Below, in pieces: positions 37,386 through 50,841 of a stretch of 64,000 nt of DNA. The translations under genes were made by a program, and so were the position numbers. Source of the DNA: Antedon mediterranea. Taxonomy: Eukaryota > Animalia > Echinodermata. Where the stretch lies: NCBI RefSeq assembly GCF_964355755.1, contig NC_092672.1, positions 18,799,237 to 18,863,236 on the forward strand. The letters run 5' to 3'. Positions within the stretch are counted from its first letter, which is position 1, and the number at the start of each line of letters is the position of its first letter. The notes under the pieces were generated by a model that worked only from the letters and a program-made list of their open reading frames with translations, made no database searches and had not been told where the DNA came from.

Positions 37386-40230
37386 TTGTGGATTTTTACT
37401 TTATGTTGAACCAAAGAAACGAAAAGGAATAAATTACCTTCGTGACGTTTCGTCGACAATCTGTCGACTGCTTCAGAGTAAAGCCTGGGTTGGAATGGTC
37501 TGGATTTTTGTAAGTGACGCTGAACAGCGCCACCAGCCGTCTGGTTGGTATTGACGGTAGAGCGTCTGCGTTGGCCCCCCTCCTGCTTCAACTTTTTCCA
37601 GCAAACTATCATATGTATGTGGGAGGTCATACCCACCAATGTCTGTGTTGATGTTATGTGGTCTTTTTATTATGCAGATAGATTCTTTTATCTTTCTTTT
37701 GTCTGTCTGTGCTTCCTTTTCAATCACTCTCGCATTCCAATTTGGAATATGGTCATTCCCTATAGCCTGGTCCGTTATGGTTGACTTATGTAAAACCCGG
37801 GACGAAGAATTTCTATTTGCACGTGTTCTAACAACTTGGTTGTCTGTTGATACGTCTTTCTTATGTTCCCCAATTCTTGTATTTAGTGCCCTTCCGATCT
37901 CTCCTATATATACTTTCTCACAGTTTAGACAGTTCACTTCGTATATAACCCCGCACATGTCTTCCGTTTTTATTCTATCTTTTGGGTGAACCAGTCCATT
38001 CTTTAATTTATTACTTGGAATGAAGAAAGTGTTTACTTTGTGCTTAGCAAATGTGCGTCGAATCTTTTAAAAAATTTCGTGTATGTATGGGATACCTATG
38101 TGAGCTTTCATCTTCTCCATTTCCTTTCTTTGACGTTCTTCTGGCTTGTTTTTGAATTTTGTTCTTTTCTCTTGCTCACGACTCTGTCCACTGACCATTT
38201 TGGATAGTTACAAATTTTCAATGCTTTTCTAATGTGTTTCAACTCCTGTTTTTTATCTTCCTCTTCACTAACAATTGTGTTTGCTCTATCCACCAACGTG
38301 TTAACCACGCTTAGTTTGTGTTCTAAGGGATGATTAGAGTGGAAGTCCAAGTATTGGTCGGTGTGAGTTGGTTTTCGGTATACCTTTGTAGCGAGTGTTC
38401 CATCTTGTTTAATCCTGATAATCATGTCCAAGAATGTTATTTGTTTCTCTGACATTATTTCTGTGGTAAACTTGATCTTGCCCGACGGGTCAATGCTATC
38501 AAGATGGCGATTGAGGGGGAGAGGTGCATCTTTATGGACGATGGCAAAAACATCATCAACATACCGTCTCCAAAAATGTCGTTTGATGGTTCCATCTGCG
38601 CTCTTAATGGCTTCTTCTTCAAACGATTCTAAATAGATATTCGCTATCAGATGGCTTACCGGAGAACCCATTGCAATACCTTCGTGCTGTTCATATATCT
38701 GTTGTTAAAATGTGAAATATGTTGCATCAATCAACTGGTAGATGAGTTCCATGATGTCTTCCACTGTTAATTTCGTTCTCTTATGTATTGTTGTATCTTT
38801 TTCCCAAGTATGATCTTACAACCTCCAAGGCTTGACCTGTGGGTGTTTTTGTAAACAAGGAGATGACGTCAAAAGACACCATCACCACATTTTCGAAGAG
38901 GTTCAGCTGTTTTAGGTCTTCCGCCAGTTCTTTCGAATTGGTCACATGATATTTACTTAGACCAACCAAGGGGATTAACACCTCCTTTGCGATAAACTTA
39001 GACACGTGATAATAAACAGAGTTGATGTTGTCAACTATAGGTGTGAGAGGCCAATCCGGTTTATGGATTTTAGGCAGACAGTAAATTCTAGGTACTACTT
39101 CTGCGGTGGGGTACAAACTACATTTTTATGCTTTTCTTCTTTTAGAAGTCTACCCAGTGTCTTTATTAGTTTATCCTTGTATTTCTTGGTCGGATTGGTA
39201 GTCAACTTTCCATATACCTTTTAATCACTCAGCATTCGATTGACTTTATTTACATAATCCTCTGTGTTTATCACCACCGTTGCACGGCCTTTGTCAGCTG
39301 GCAATATCATAACTTCTTTATCTTTCTTTAATCCTTCAAAAGCATTTCTTTCTGTTCTACTTAAATTGGGGAGTGGGGGTTTAGATGATTTAAGAATGCT
39401 AGTTACCTTTCCTCTGATGGTATCCTTCTCATCCAACGGTATGCTATCCAATTTACATATCATTTCCGTTGAAACAATTATTTCTTCAATGGACCTGCTC
39501 TTGTTTCGATCGCCGCTAACCGCGTAGTTCAATCCCTTACTGAGCACGTTTTGTTCGTCTGACGATAGTGGCCTAGACGATAAATTTACCACCCATTTTC
39601 TTTCAACAATTTTCCACTTAAATCGATTTCCGTTTGTAAACTTGTATTTATTTTCTTTGCTTTGTCTCCACCATTTTAGCTTCTTTATCTGTCTGGCTTT
39701 AACACGTGCAAATTCCGATTCTCTGACATTGTTTAAATGCTTCCGGGTGTTGCCGCGAACGACATGGCTACTTGGATTGACGCCAATCGGCTTAGGCCTG
39801 TTATTATTATTATTACGCACGTCGTTGAAACTCTCGTCTAACCTTTGTTCAATTTCTTTTTCCTGCCTTTTTAATACTTTTATTGATTTTGTCGATTTTC
39901 GAATACTTTCTCTTACTAACCTATTTTCCGCATCTTTTATTATCTTTTCTGCGTTGCTGGGATTTATAGGGCATTTTAATTGTAGGCCCTTCGGTGTGAT
40001 GTTTAGCCGCTTACAATGTAAAGCAAACACTCGGTGGTGTCGTGTTCGGGCTGCCTTCCTCACGATCTTTTCTTGAGCGCGCACTAATTTTACCGTATCT
40101 TGACCGTATTTCGATCTGATGATATTGAATAAATTCATCTGGTTCCAAATAATATTTTTGTGGATTTTTACTTTATGTTGAACCAAAGAAACGAAAAGGA
40201 ATAAATTACCTTCGTGACGTTTCGTCGACA
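37386..40230 (-). mobile_element. Penelope-like element, near full length, frameshifted
   Basis: Direct pLTR repeat (37386-37458 vs 40157-40230). KWVVNLS..LSKGLNY, LPADKG, PRIYCLPKIHK, SFDVISLF, MGSPVS and RYVDD motifs, plus GIY-YIG GVIYEVNC..YIGE. Confidence 0.93.
37438..37484 (-). ncRNA. Penelope pLTR hammerhead-like motif with variant core (CUGAAGC)
   Basis: Minus strand CTGAAGC-A-GTCGAC-AGATT-GTCGAC-GAAA-CG-TC. The same motif occurs at ~57885-57930 and, inverted and mutated, at ~63782-63827. Confidence 0.6.
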
Positions 40231-41789
40231 GTTAAAACCAAGATTTGAATAATCAATTTATAAGAATGTAAAAATGTTTAATATTCAAGTAAAAGCTGAT
40301 AAAATATGCACAGTACATGCAGTGTTTATTAACGTTTTTGTATGAAATTCGATTTGGATTCTTTTAAAATTTGGCTGAATTTAAAAGAATTGAGGGCGCT
40401 TTAAAAATACAAACTAAACAAAAAGCATCAAATACATTGTGGCGTTTCATACTTTACTAAAAGGAATCTTTGGTGTTTATGCATGCAATAATAATATTTT
40501 GGAGATGAAAGGGCATGTATTGTATCTCCAAAATAAGCAATATAGATAGTAGCCTACTGCGGGCTTTGAACAATAAACATTATTTTTAACTAGAGAATTT
40601 ACCTGACACATACTAGTAATTATCAAGAAGAAACATTTTAATTTATTTAAGTTTTTCTATATTTGCTTTTATATCTAAAATATGCTATAAAATTGAATTA
40701 TTGCTTTTTAAGCAAAAAAGAAACAATAAACAATCTAAAAACTATAAACAAATATTTTAGCAATTCAACTTTTACATTACAACGTTTTTAGAACAAAATG
40801 GTGGTTTTGATGCTTTATATTTTTATATCTTGTTTTGCTTTCTGTTTAATTTAAAAGAATTGAAGGCGCTTTGAATTAAAAAATAAATAAAAATATATTT
40901 ATGGCCTTCCATAATATGAAACTGTCCATAATATCGAATTTGAGAAGTTTCATACATGAAAATCAATCAATTTTCAATGTGAAACGTGTCTAATCGTCGG
41001 GTGACAAAATCAAAATATCCCAACACTCAACCCACCCCGCTTCCCGACAATCAGAATGAGAAATGGACGAAAAACTGTATTGTAGTTCGTAGGAATATTT
41101 GTGGTCATCTACGTTTGGGCAGTTTTTTGGAGAGGTAGAGTACATTTCGAAAAATTAATAGTTTGCATTGTGTAGTTATCTCCAAAACAAATGTAATAAT
41201 TATATGTAGATAATCTACTTAAAACTTGAACATAATTTGTCATAGGATATTTATCTGACGCAGATGTCATTATCAAGGCACAGTATTTGTGTTAGTCTAG
41301 CGACCGGACAGGACAACAAATAAAAAACACAGATAAACCATCATTGGGTGGAAATGTCATGTATTATAATGACGAATACTTAAATGTGTATAATTGGTAT
41401 AACATAGATGACATATTTAACACAAATCACCTATAGTATAAAACTGAATTATATTACATAATATAAAATGGCTTACGCCCTATACGTTATGTCATCTGAA
41501 ACAATAAATAAAATAGTGTATAACTGATATCAGTAGTAGTAGACTATTATAAAACAAAGTATAAATCAAAGTATTAAACTCTACTTACTAAACAATACTT
41601 ATTAAGTTAACAAATTTGACTTAAGCATCAAATCTGTATATCTGTAAATCTACTTGAGTTCTGATTAAAATACAATAACATATAAAATTGACTGTAAGAC
41701 AAGAGTCTGGGTGTCAGCGCCAAAAACCCAGCCTTGAATGGGTTCCCACCTAGAGCAAACAAAAACCACTGGCCTGACCCTTATGAACC

Positions 41790-42950
41790 GGACGATGAAA
41801 TACGAATGTATTTCATGAAAATGGAAGATTTCCATCTACCAAATTGTTGAATGAGGCTATCTGACATGCCTAATGACGCAGCATGTGTTGCTGCCCCAAT
41901 GCGAAAACTGTGTAATGGATCGGATTCAACCCAATTGTCACGGCAACATTGCTAGTGGGTTTGGTGTGTTGTGGACTCAAGACAAGAATAATATACTTAT
42001 AAAACACTAATATATATATATCCAGATTATCTTTTTATTACAAGGGTGCACCCAATCTGAGGTATATAAATATCTCTATAATACAAATTACAGGTGAATT
42101 ATCTTCATGAGTCCATTTCCAATTTTACGTTGAAATACAGTACTCTTTGTTCATGTCACTCCCATATTTCCATTCCATCTTATCCATAATTTCTTCGGTG
42201 ATTTCTCTGATGTTTTCTAAGCTTAATCTTCTTAATTTGGCACTTCTCTATTCTCAAGTGGCACTGTAACACAGACAAATATTACCGTAGTATACAGTTC
42301 ATTTACGGTACCCTATAACATTCATTAGATCAACAATCTATTTTATAAATATAACTATTCTACTTACAATGCAGCCTAATTCATTACTCGTACGCAAATC
42401 CCAATTTCATTGTCTTATGGTGACAATGCTCATTCGCTCCCCGTTGTCTAAAAAAACACTGTATGCGCTACACCGCAGTCTACACAAAATATCGTTATTC
42501 AAATAATTTGCTCATTACCATAATTATAGTGATCACCTGCTCTTAGTCGGCACGCCACAAACTGTTGTGTAACTGCCTTGCTATCAAGGTGCTGAAACAG
42601 GGGACATGTGAACTGTTGGCAGTGTGCACGGCAGTTGGTTAGTGCGGCCACTGGGCAGTCCTTTTTCCAGTTTTGTGGTGCCGTATTATGATTAAAGCCC
42701 CTGTTTCGTTCAGAGTTAAATCGTTGCGCTGCCAACTCTCCGAGCCGAAAAAAACCCTGAAACGATGTAAGAAATAATGCTTCAAGCAACAGACGATGGG
42801 ATAGTAATGGTTCTATAAATTGCAATGCATCGAGTAGCCTAAGAGTCCACTCTTGGCGCCCCAGAATGAATCCCGCGGATAATAATTTTTTGAACAAGGA
42901 AAAACCCGATAGGATCCGGTAGGCCCACTAACATGTGTACGAACGAGATT
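41790..42950 (-). mobile_element. Tyrosine-recombinase (DIRS-type) retroelement remnant, interrupted
   Basis: Minus strand at ~41800-41915 reads HSFRIGAATHAASLGMSDSLIQQFGRWKSSIFMKYIR. ORF 42499-42897 has FQGFFRLGEL and CPVAAL. Confidence 0.85.
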
Positions 42951-42961
42951 CAAACATGGAA

Positions 42962-43220
42962 ATAAATCTTTTATTTTCAATGTGAAACGTGTCTAATCGT
43001 CGGGTGACAAAATCAAAATATCCCAACACTCAACCCACCCCGATTCCCGACAATCAGAATGAGAAATGGACGAATAACTGTATTGTAGTTCGTAGGAATA
43101 TTTGTGGTCATCTACGTTTGGGCAGTTTTTTTGAGAGGTAGAGTACATTTCCAAAAATGAATAGTTTGCATTGTGTAGTTATTTCCAAAAACAAGCATAA
43201 TAATTATATGTAGATAATCA
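42962..43220. repeat. ~260-bp direct duplication of array spacer (also at ~40960-41215 and ~34880-35130)
   Basis: TTTTCAATGTGAAACGTGTCTAATCGTCGGGTGACAAAATC..TATGTAGATAATC is present three times. Confidence 0.85.
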
Positions 43221-44641
43221 CCCGATTCTGCTATTGTCCATAGGTGCTATCTGTAAAACTATAGCAAGTTAAACACGTTGCTGTCTGCTGTAAATGCTGT
43301 ACTTTTAACACACGGTACACTGTCTGTAGCACAGTGTCTGTTGACAATTTACAATGATGTACAACCATAGGCAGGTTTTCGTACTGCCATGCAAGAATGG
43401 ATAGGTGTTTCCCGTCGCTTTTAGGCCTTCTTGTCAATTATTGTTATTATTATACGAATTACGTAATTAGTTTAGTAGCTCATCTACCTTTTTAGCAGCC
43501 CATCATGAATATTTCATGATCTTAGGTCTTAGGGGGTCTTAGCTTTCGTGGTCTTAGGTTTCGTGACACCCGGTTGACCTGTATTCTTCTAGCTAATCTT
43601 ACTAGGCCTCGAGTAGGTCTACCCTAAATTCCGGCTACAATAATGGTCTATTCTGTTTATAGCTTTATTGATACTGGGTTCAAATCTGGGTTGGGACGGC
43701 TTTTTCTGATTCAAAAACAGATTTCCTTATAATAATAAAATAATATCGGCCTATGAATTTAACTTAATATTGTATTGTTTACATAATATTAGTAATTCCC
43801 ATTGCATTTATTATTATATATTTTACGGTTACCCCTTAATTATACTATAGTATAACTTCCTTGTTATATTTTACAATATTTTCTTCATAATTCAGAAATT
43901 TTTTTTTTCACAGCACAAATTATCATACTGAATCATCACACACCAAGTCTCATGAAATCTCTACTGTATTTCTGCAAGCTAATGCAGCTACATGGTATTG
44001 CCTTGAGGCTAAAATTACACTGTATACTGGCACTACCATCATTCCTGGCCCACACATAAGTACAGTCGTGTACTACTGATTCCATCCTGTGGTCAAGGCT
44101 TTATTTGCTCTTATGCTTATTTCCTCTAACATACAGAGTACGTAGGGCTTCTAATTTGCTTTTATACCTGTTAATTTAAAAATCATTTATGCCTATTGGT
44201 GCATAAAGATCAAATTTAGACTGTAAATACTGGAATAATCACCCAAAATTTATTTCACAGCTAGTCAAAAGCATACAGAGTTTTTGTTTTGTTTTATTCA
44301 TAACTGTTGAATTGCATCCCAATACATGGTACCTATTAGTATTATATCTATAAATATAAAGTACTCTCTTATAAATAGATGTATCTCTCCAAACTACTCC
44401 AACTACCTAATCTAATAATAGTACTATTAGCATACTACTGTACACTTTGTAGACAAGAAATAAGTTGTATCCACCTAGAGGACTTATGGTAGTACTGTAC
44501 AGTCGATCGTCCTCTCACTGGCCTGGTCAACATAATCTACGCCTAGATTATTACAGTAATTAAAAAGTACATTATTACAGAGATTTTTTTTTTTGCAGAA
44601 ATGAAAGTTATGTGTATATAACTGATAGTTTTCAAATATTG

Positions 44642-45823
44642 AAAGACGATGAATATGTCATATTAGAACTGATATTATTTGTGAAAAAAGAAGAAAATAA
44701 TGATGTTTTTACTTTTATTTTTTTAATTTTTTTTTTATTTTATTCAATTTCCAGGTAACATACAAAAATCATAAACAAGGTACGGCATCATTCAATAAAA
44801 CAGAACAAAAGTACTATCAGCACCTGCGGGTAACCAAAAGTGGATCAGTTCAAAAGAACTACACTGTCGAGTGGCTTTCCCAACTAATAGTACGAAAAAC
44901 GTCAACAAACTTCTGAATTAGTACCTAAAAACATTTCTAGCTGCTCTGTCGGACCAATCACCGTTCGTTATAAACCTACTGTCATTATTCAACATACTGA
45001 CCAGATATTACCAGGTAGGGATTCTATACTATTCTGTCAAACCTTTGCAAATCCACCGGTTACTAATTATAGATGCAAATCCAACATTTCAACAGAATGG
45101 AACTACTGTAACTTGGCTGGCGGAAAATGAAGTTGGTGACAATTCGTCAACAATTCGGTTACACGTTGGAAAGTCGAATATTAATGAGAAAGACCAGATT
45201 CTACCAGGTAGGGATTCTATACTATTCTGCCAAACTTTTGCAAATCCACCGGTTACTAATTATAGATGGAGATTTAGTCCTACATTAAGCAGAGATCAGT
45301 ATTTTGTAGATGAAACAGGTCAGCTTTTAACTCTAACAAATCCAACATTTCAACAGAATGGAACTACTGTAACTTGCCTGGCGGAAAATGAAGTTGGTGA
45401 AAATTCGTCAACAATTCGGTTACACGTTGGAAAGTCGAATAGTAATGAGAAAGCAAGTAATGCAGATTCATCTAGAATTCAAAAGTCAAGTGAAACAATA
45501 GATTTATCATTGGATGTAATCATAATCATTGCTTCTGGTGTTGTTATCATTATTGTACTTGTTGTTCCCGTATATCATTATTGTTTGTGTGGTAATGATA
45601 ACACTACAATATTTGATTCTTTAGGAAAAGAAGTAATTCAACCGGAAGTATATTATGAGACAAGAGAGGGAGTTATTTTAAGACATACAGTACAAGATCG
45701 TTCATTACCTCGTGTACCCCTACTACAGAAGTATATGGTCATTGGAGACACTCAACAGCTTCACAGGTTCCTAATCATCTTGAATCGCATAGTTATACTT
45801 ATATTGACACAGAAAATGATTGA
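44642..45823 (+). pseudogene. Ig receptor pseudogene: 5' truncated, with insertion, internal duplication and frameshifts
   Basis: Starts mid domain 2 (KDDEYVILE). T-rich insert at ~44714-44900, partial duplicate of domain 3 (~44999-45191), 6-bp deletion in the TM region and a frameshift at ~45718. Confidence 0.9.
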
Positions 45824-47300
45824 TGTCAAAGTAAGGCCCCCGTAAGTTTAAAGTCATTAGACACAATTAATAGTTTCTTAATTCAAAATCAAAGAACTTA
45901 AACTACTGAGTATAGGCCTAAATCTACCACACATCTATAAATGGGAAATATTAATAATATATATCACTTACTAGAGGGTGTGTCACGTCACTTCTATCGC
46001 TCATCTATTTATAGTATACAGTACGGTTCTGTACTTTGTTTCCATCTAGTAGTCAATTTTAAAACATGTGTGTAAGTATTTACATGATTTAGAGAGGTTG
46101 TTTTTTTTGTGATAACTCATACAGTAGTAGCAGAAACAGAGAGAGAGAGAGCCGTAACTTTACACATATTTTAGATTAACGATCTTAGATTGTACAGATT
46201 AGCGTACTTGTTGGGTTCTAATTGACCAAAAGCTAATTTTCTAGGGTACAATTTCAGGTCAACAGCCAAGTGCTACTAATTTAGAAACTGCTATTATGTG
46301 TTCTTCGCTGTGGAAGGCCTCACTGAAGTCAGTTAAAACCAACTGTCTAAGAGGTTTGAATAATCAATTTATAAGACTGTAAAAATGTTTAAGATTCAAG
46401 TAAAAGCTGATAAAATATTTACTGAGTACACTGTACATACAGTCTTTATTTTTTCGAAACTATTACATTTAATTAACGTTTTTGTATGAAATTCGATTTG
46501 GATTCTTTTTCACTTTTGGCTGAATTGAATGGAATTGAGGGCTCTTTAAAATACAAACTAAATAAAAAGCAACAAATACATTGTGGCATTTCATACTTTA
46601 TTAAAAATTAAGGGACTCTTTTGTGTTTGTGTATGCAATAACCACACTTACGTCTTTCCATTGTTTTATTTTGGAGATAAGGGTTTTTATTAGGTCTTCA
46701 AAATAAGCAATATATATATATATATATATATAGTAGCCTACTGCGGGCTTAGAACAATAAACATCATTTTTAATAAGGAATTTACCTGACACAGACTGGT
46801 AGTTATCAAGGAGAAACATTTTAAATTTATTTAGGTTTCTTTTTATATTTGCCTTTTTGATATTTAAAACATGCTATACAATTAAATTATTGCTTTTAAA
46901 AATGTTATTAAGTAAAATAGTGCCACAAAAGAAACCATAAACAATACAAAAATCATATTTTAGCAATATTTTCATTATTTTAATGCTACAGCACTCAACT
47001 TAGAACCCTATACCGAGAATTAACACTTTGAAATTGGTATACCTACTTTACCATACACAGTACGGCTCAATTTGAACCAAACATGCTTTATTGACGCTGA
47101 CTTAATTTAAATAATACAAATATGTAACAAGAAAAGTCACACATGTAGAGTACAGAAAACATAAATTAGTAATTGTTTGGCCAGAAAAGAAAATCAGATA
47201 CTGTATATTGAATAGTACCCGCATACTCTCATTGTGTGACAACCAGAAACGCAACAGCCAATTACTATAGAAGTGTACTAGTATTTTTTACATCAACGAT

Positions 47301-48656
47301 ATGGAACTGTTCATTTTCTGTATGTTGTGTAGGATTGCATTATTGAATGTAGGCCTACGTACGTGCTTGGCATCAACAGATTTTCTAGAGGAACCCGAGG
47401 ATGTTAAAATATTGTTTGCTACAGAACATAGCTTCAAGTGTACAGTTTCTACTAATAGTACTACACTAGGACATTCATTTTCCTGGCATAAAGACGGAAT
47501 ACCAATAGCAGACCAAGATAAAGGAAGATATTTTATTGTTACAAGCAACATTGTTAATATCGATGTTTCTATTCTTAAAATTAAAAATGTTAGAACAGAA
47601 GATGAAGGATATTATTATTGTTCTGTTGTACAACTAAAAACAATGAAAACATTTTATTCTCGACGTGCTATGTTAACAGTTAAATCGTTACCTCGGCCCA
47701 TGTTTCCAGTATGCTTGCCTGCCAATAGCGTTGATGTTCTTGTTGGTACATCAATAAAACTGTCGTGTAGAAGTGAAAACGTTTTTCCTGAAGTAAAGTT
47801 AAAGTGGTACCAAAATAGGAATGAAATAACTGATGGTGTTCATACATTTAAAGACGATGAATATGTCATGTTAGAGCTGCTAGTATCGGTGAAAAAAGAA
47901 GAAAATAATGATGTTTTTACTTGTCAACAAACTTCTGAATTAGTACCTAGAAACATTTCTACCTGTTCCGTGGGACCAATCACCGTTCGTTATAAACCTA
48001 CTGTCATTATTCAACATACTGACCAGATTCTACCAGGTAGGGATTCTATACTATTCTGCCAAACTTTTGCAAATCCACCGGTTACTAATTATAGATGGAG
48101 ATTTAGTCCTACATTAAGCCGAGATCAGTATTTTGTAGATGAAACAGGTCAGCTTTTAACTCTAACAAATCCAACATTTCAACAGAATGGAACTACTGTA
48201 ACTTGCCTGGCGGAAAATGAAGTTGGTGACAATTCGTCAACAATTCGGTTACACGTTGGAAAGTCGAATATTAATGAGAAAGCAAGTAATGCAGATTCAT
48301 CTGGAATTCAAAAGTCAAGTGAAACAATAGATTTATCATTGGATGTAATCATAATCATTGCTGCTGGTGTTGTTATCATTATTGTACTTGTTGTTCTGGT
48401 TCCCATATATCATTATTGTTTGTGTGGTAATGATAACACTATAATAGTTGATTCTTTAGGAAAAGAAGTAACTCAACCTGAAGTGTATTATGAGACAAGA
48501 GAGGGAGTTATTTTAAGACATACAGTACAAGATCGTTCATTACCTCGTGTACCTACTACAGAAGTATATGGTCATTGGAGACACTCAACAGCTTCACAGG
48601 TTCCTAATGATCTTGAATCACATAGTTATACATATATTGACACAGAAAATGATTGA
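47301..48656 (+). CDS. Ig-superfamily receptor, array copy 3 (451 aa)
   Basis: Intact uninterrupted ORF with the same architecture. Confidence 0.93.
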   Translation: MELFIFCMLCRIALLNVGLRTCLASTDFLEEPEDVKILFATEHSFKCTVSTNSTTLGHSFSWHKDGIPIADQDKGRYFIVTSNIVNIDVSILKIKNVRTEDEGYYYCSVVQLKTMKTFYSRRAMLTVKSLPRPMFPVCLPANSVDVLVGTSIKLSCRSENVFPEVKLKWYQNRNEITDGVHTFKDDEYVMLELLVSVKKEENNDVFTCQQTSELVPRNISTCSVGPITVRYKPTVIIQHTDQILPGRDSILFCQTFANPPVTNYRWRFSPTLSRDQYFVDETGQLLTLTNPTFQQNGTTVTCLAENEVGDNSSTIRLHVGKSNINEKASNADSSGIQKSSETIDLSLDVIIIIAAGVVIIIVLVVLVPIYHYCLCGNDNTIIVDSLGKEVTQPEVYYETREGVILRHTVQDRSLPRVPTTEVYGHWRHSTASQVPNDLESHSYTYIDTEND

Positions 48657-49153
48657 TGTCAAAGTAAGCACCCGTCAGTTTAAAGTCATTAGACACAATT
48701 AATAGTTTCTTAATTCAAAATCAAAGAACTTAAACTACTGAGTATAGACCTAAATCTACCACACATCTATAAATGGGAAATAGTAATATATCACTTATTA
48801 GTGGGTGTGTCACGTCACTTCTATTCGCTCACCTATTTATAGTATACGGTACGGTTTTGTACCTTTTTTCATCTAGTAGTCAATTTTTTAAAAAAGACGG
48901 AAAAAAATTAAAGATTTTTGTATAAAATAAGATTTGGATTCTTTTTTACTTTTGGGTGAATTGAATGGAATTGAGGGCTCTTTAAAATACAAACTAAATA
49001 AAAGGCAACAAATATATTGTGGCATTTCATACTTTATTAAAAATTAAAGGACTCTTTTGTGTATACAATAACCACACCGTCTTTTCATTGTTTTATTTTG
49101 GAGATAAAAGGGGTTGTATTTTGTCTTCAAAATAAGCAATATATATATATATA

Positions 49154-50250
49154 TGTGGGGATTAATCTAATCATGTGATAATTAAATACTGCCCCTATAG
49201 GTGTTACTGCCCCCTATAATTGTAACAGTCTTTTTCAAATGATTTGCTTTCTTTTGTATTCATGAACCGGTCAAGGAAACAGATAGTTTTGTCTCTTACT
49301 TAATTAAAGATCTGATTAAAAGCTAATTACTCTACTTTATACATATATTACTTTGTTATACATTTATAAGATTCTGTTATGTTTAAGAAACATTAATGTT
49401 GTATTTTAAGATGATTGCATTCATAGGCCTAGACATTTGTTTTGGGTTAACCTTGACTCATGGAATGTGCAGTTAGGAAGCCTATTGAATAGTATTGTGT
49501 TACAATCTTTGAACTAGAATTTTATGCCATATAATGTTATAATATATACTTTTGTGATAAACCTTCTTTGTATTAACAAAATATGTTTAGATAGATTTAG
49601 TAATGTTTAGTTTATAGAAGATAGTTTCTAGTTAACAGTTTGTATAAAATAGTTCATCCTACAGTTCACACTTGATTAATTTGTACACACGAGGCTACCA
49701 TGCTCGTGATAGATCGTCATGTAGTGCGCCCTCTATTTATCATACAAAATGGCTGCGCCCATGGATTTGTTATTGTTTATATATTTTACACAAACCTAAG
49801 ATTATAACTCCTTGATTCAATGAATAGACTAAGTTTAGTATTCAAATAGTGTGAGTAAATTCCAACATGCATTTATTCTAGTAATATAATAGTAATATTT
49901 AGGCACTTATGATGCAATTGTGTAGGTAATTAATTAGGTATTTGTATACTCTAACAAAGTATACAGAGGCTGTTTAGGTAGACGTGCCGTTTGATGTAAT
50001 AGTCGCAGTCCTCAGAGAGAATCCTTTTTATTAGAGTCGCCTGTTAAGTTGAGGTCGTTACTAAGAATTGGCTTGTATTTTAGAATATTATTTACTTTTG
50101 TTTCTCATTGTATTTATTTTGTGGTTTTCAGGACCATACTGATCTCTATTGTTATGCTAAAAACAAATTAAACCCAAATACACCACCGGACCATGGTAAA
50201 AGTGAGAAAAGGCGTGTTTTTCCTTTTGTGTTGTCGTCCACATCCTTACA
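49154..50250. mobile_element. Probable solo LTR inserted in a (TA)n tract
   Basis: TG..CA ends with imperfect inverted termini TGTGGGGAT / ATCCTTACA, flanked by (TA)n. Paralogous spacers (~46710, ~55620) have only the TA tract. Confidence 0.75.
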
Positions 50251-50841
50251 TATATATATATAGATAGCAGCCTACTGCGGGCCTAGAACAATAAACATTA
50301 TTTTTGAATAAAGAATTTACATGATACAGACTGGTAATTATCAAGGAGAAACATTTTTAATTTATTTAGGTTTTTTTTATTTACTTTTTTGATATTTAAA
50401 ATATGCTATACAATTAAATTATCGCTTTTTAAAAATGTTATTAAGTAAAAAAAATGCCAAAAAAGAAACCATAAACAATACAAAAACCATAAACAAATAT
50501 TTTAGCAATATTTCATTATTTTAATGCAACAGCACTCAACTTAAAACCCTATACCGAGAATTAACACTTTGAAATTGGTATACCTACTTTACCATACAGA
50601 GTACGGCTCAATTTGGACCAAACATGCTTTATTGACGCTGACTTAATTCAAATAATACAAATATGTAACAAGAAAAGATACACATGTAGAGTACAGAAAA
50701 CATAAATTAGTAATTGTTTGGCCAGAAAAGAAAATCAAATACTGTTTAATGAATAGTACCCGCATACTCTCATTGTGTGACAACCACAAACGCAACAGCC
50801 AATTACTATAGAAGTGTACTAGTATTTTTTACATTAACGAT

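Noticed and set aside
45045-45845. 266-aa ORF as a short one-domain receptor
   Set aside because: Non-ATG start, no signal peptide, built from a broken duplication and frameshifted in the tail; treated as a pseudogene.
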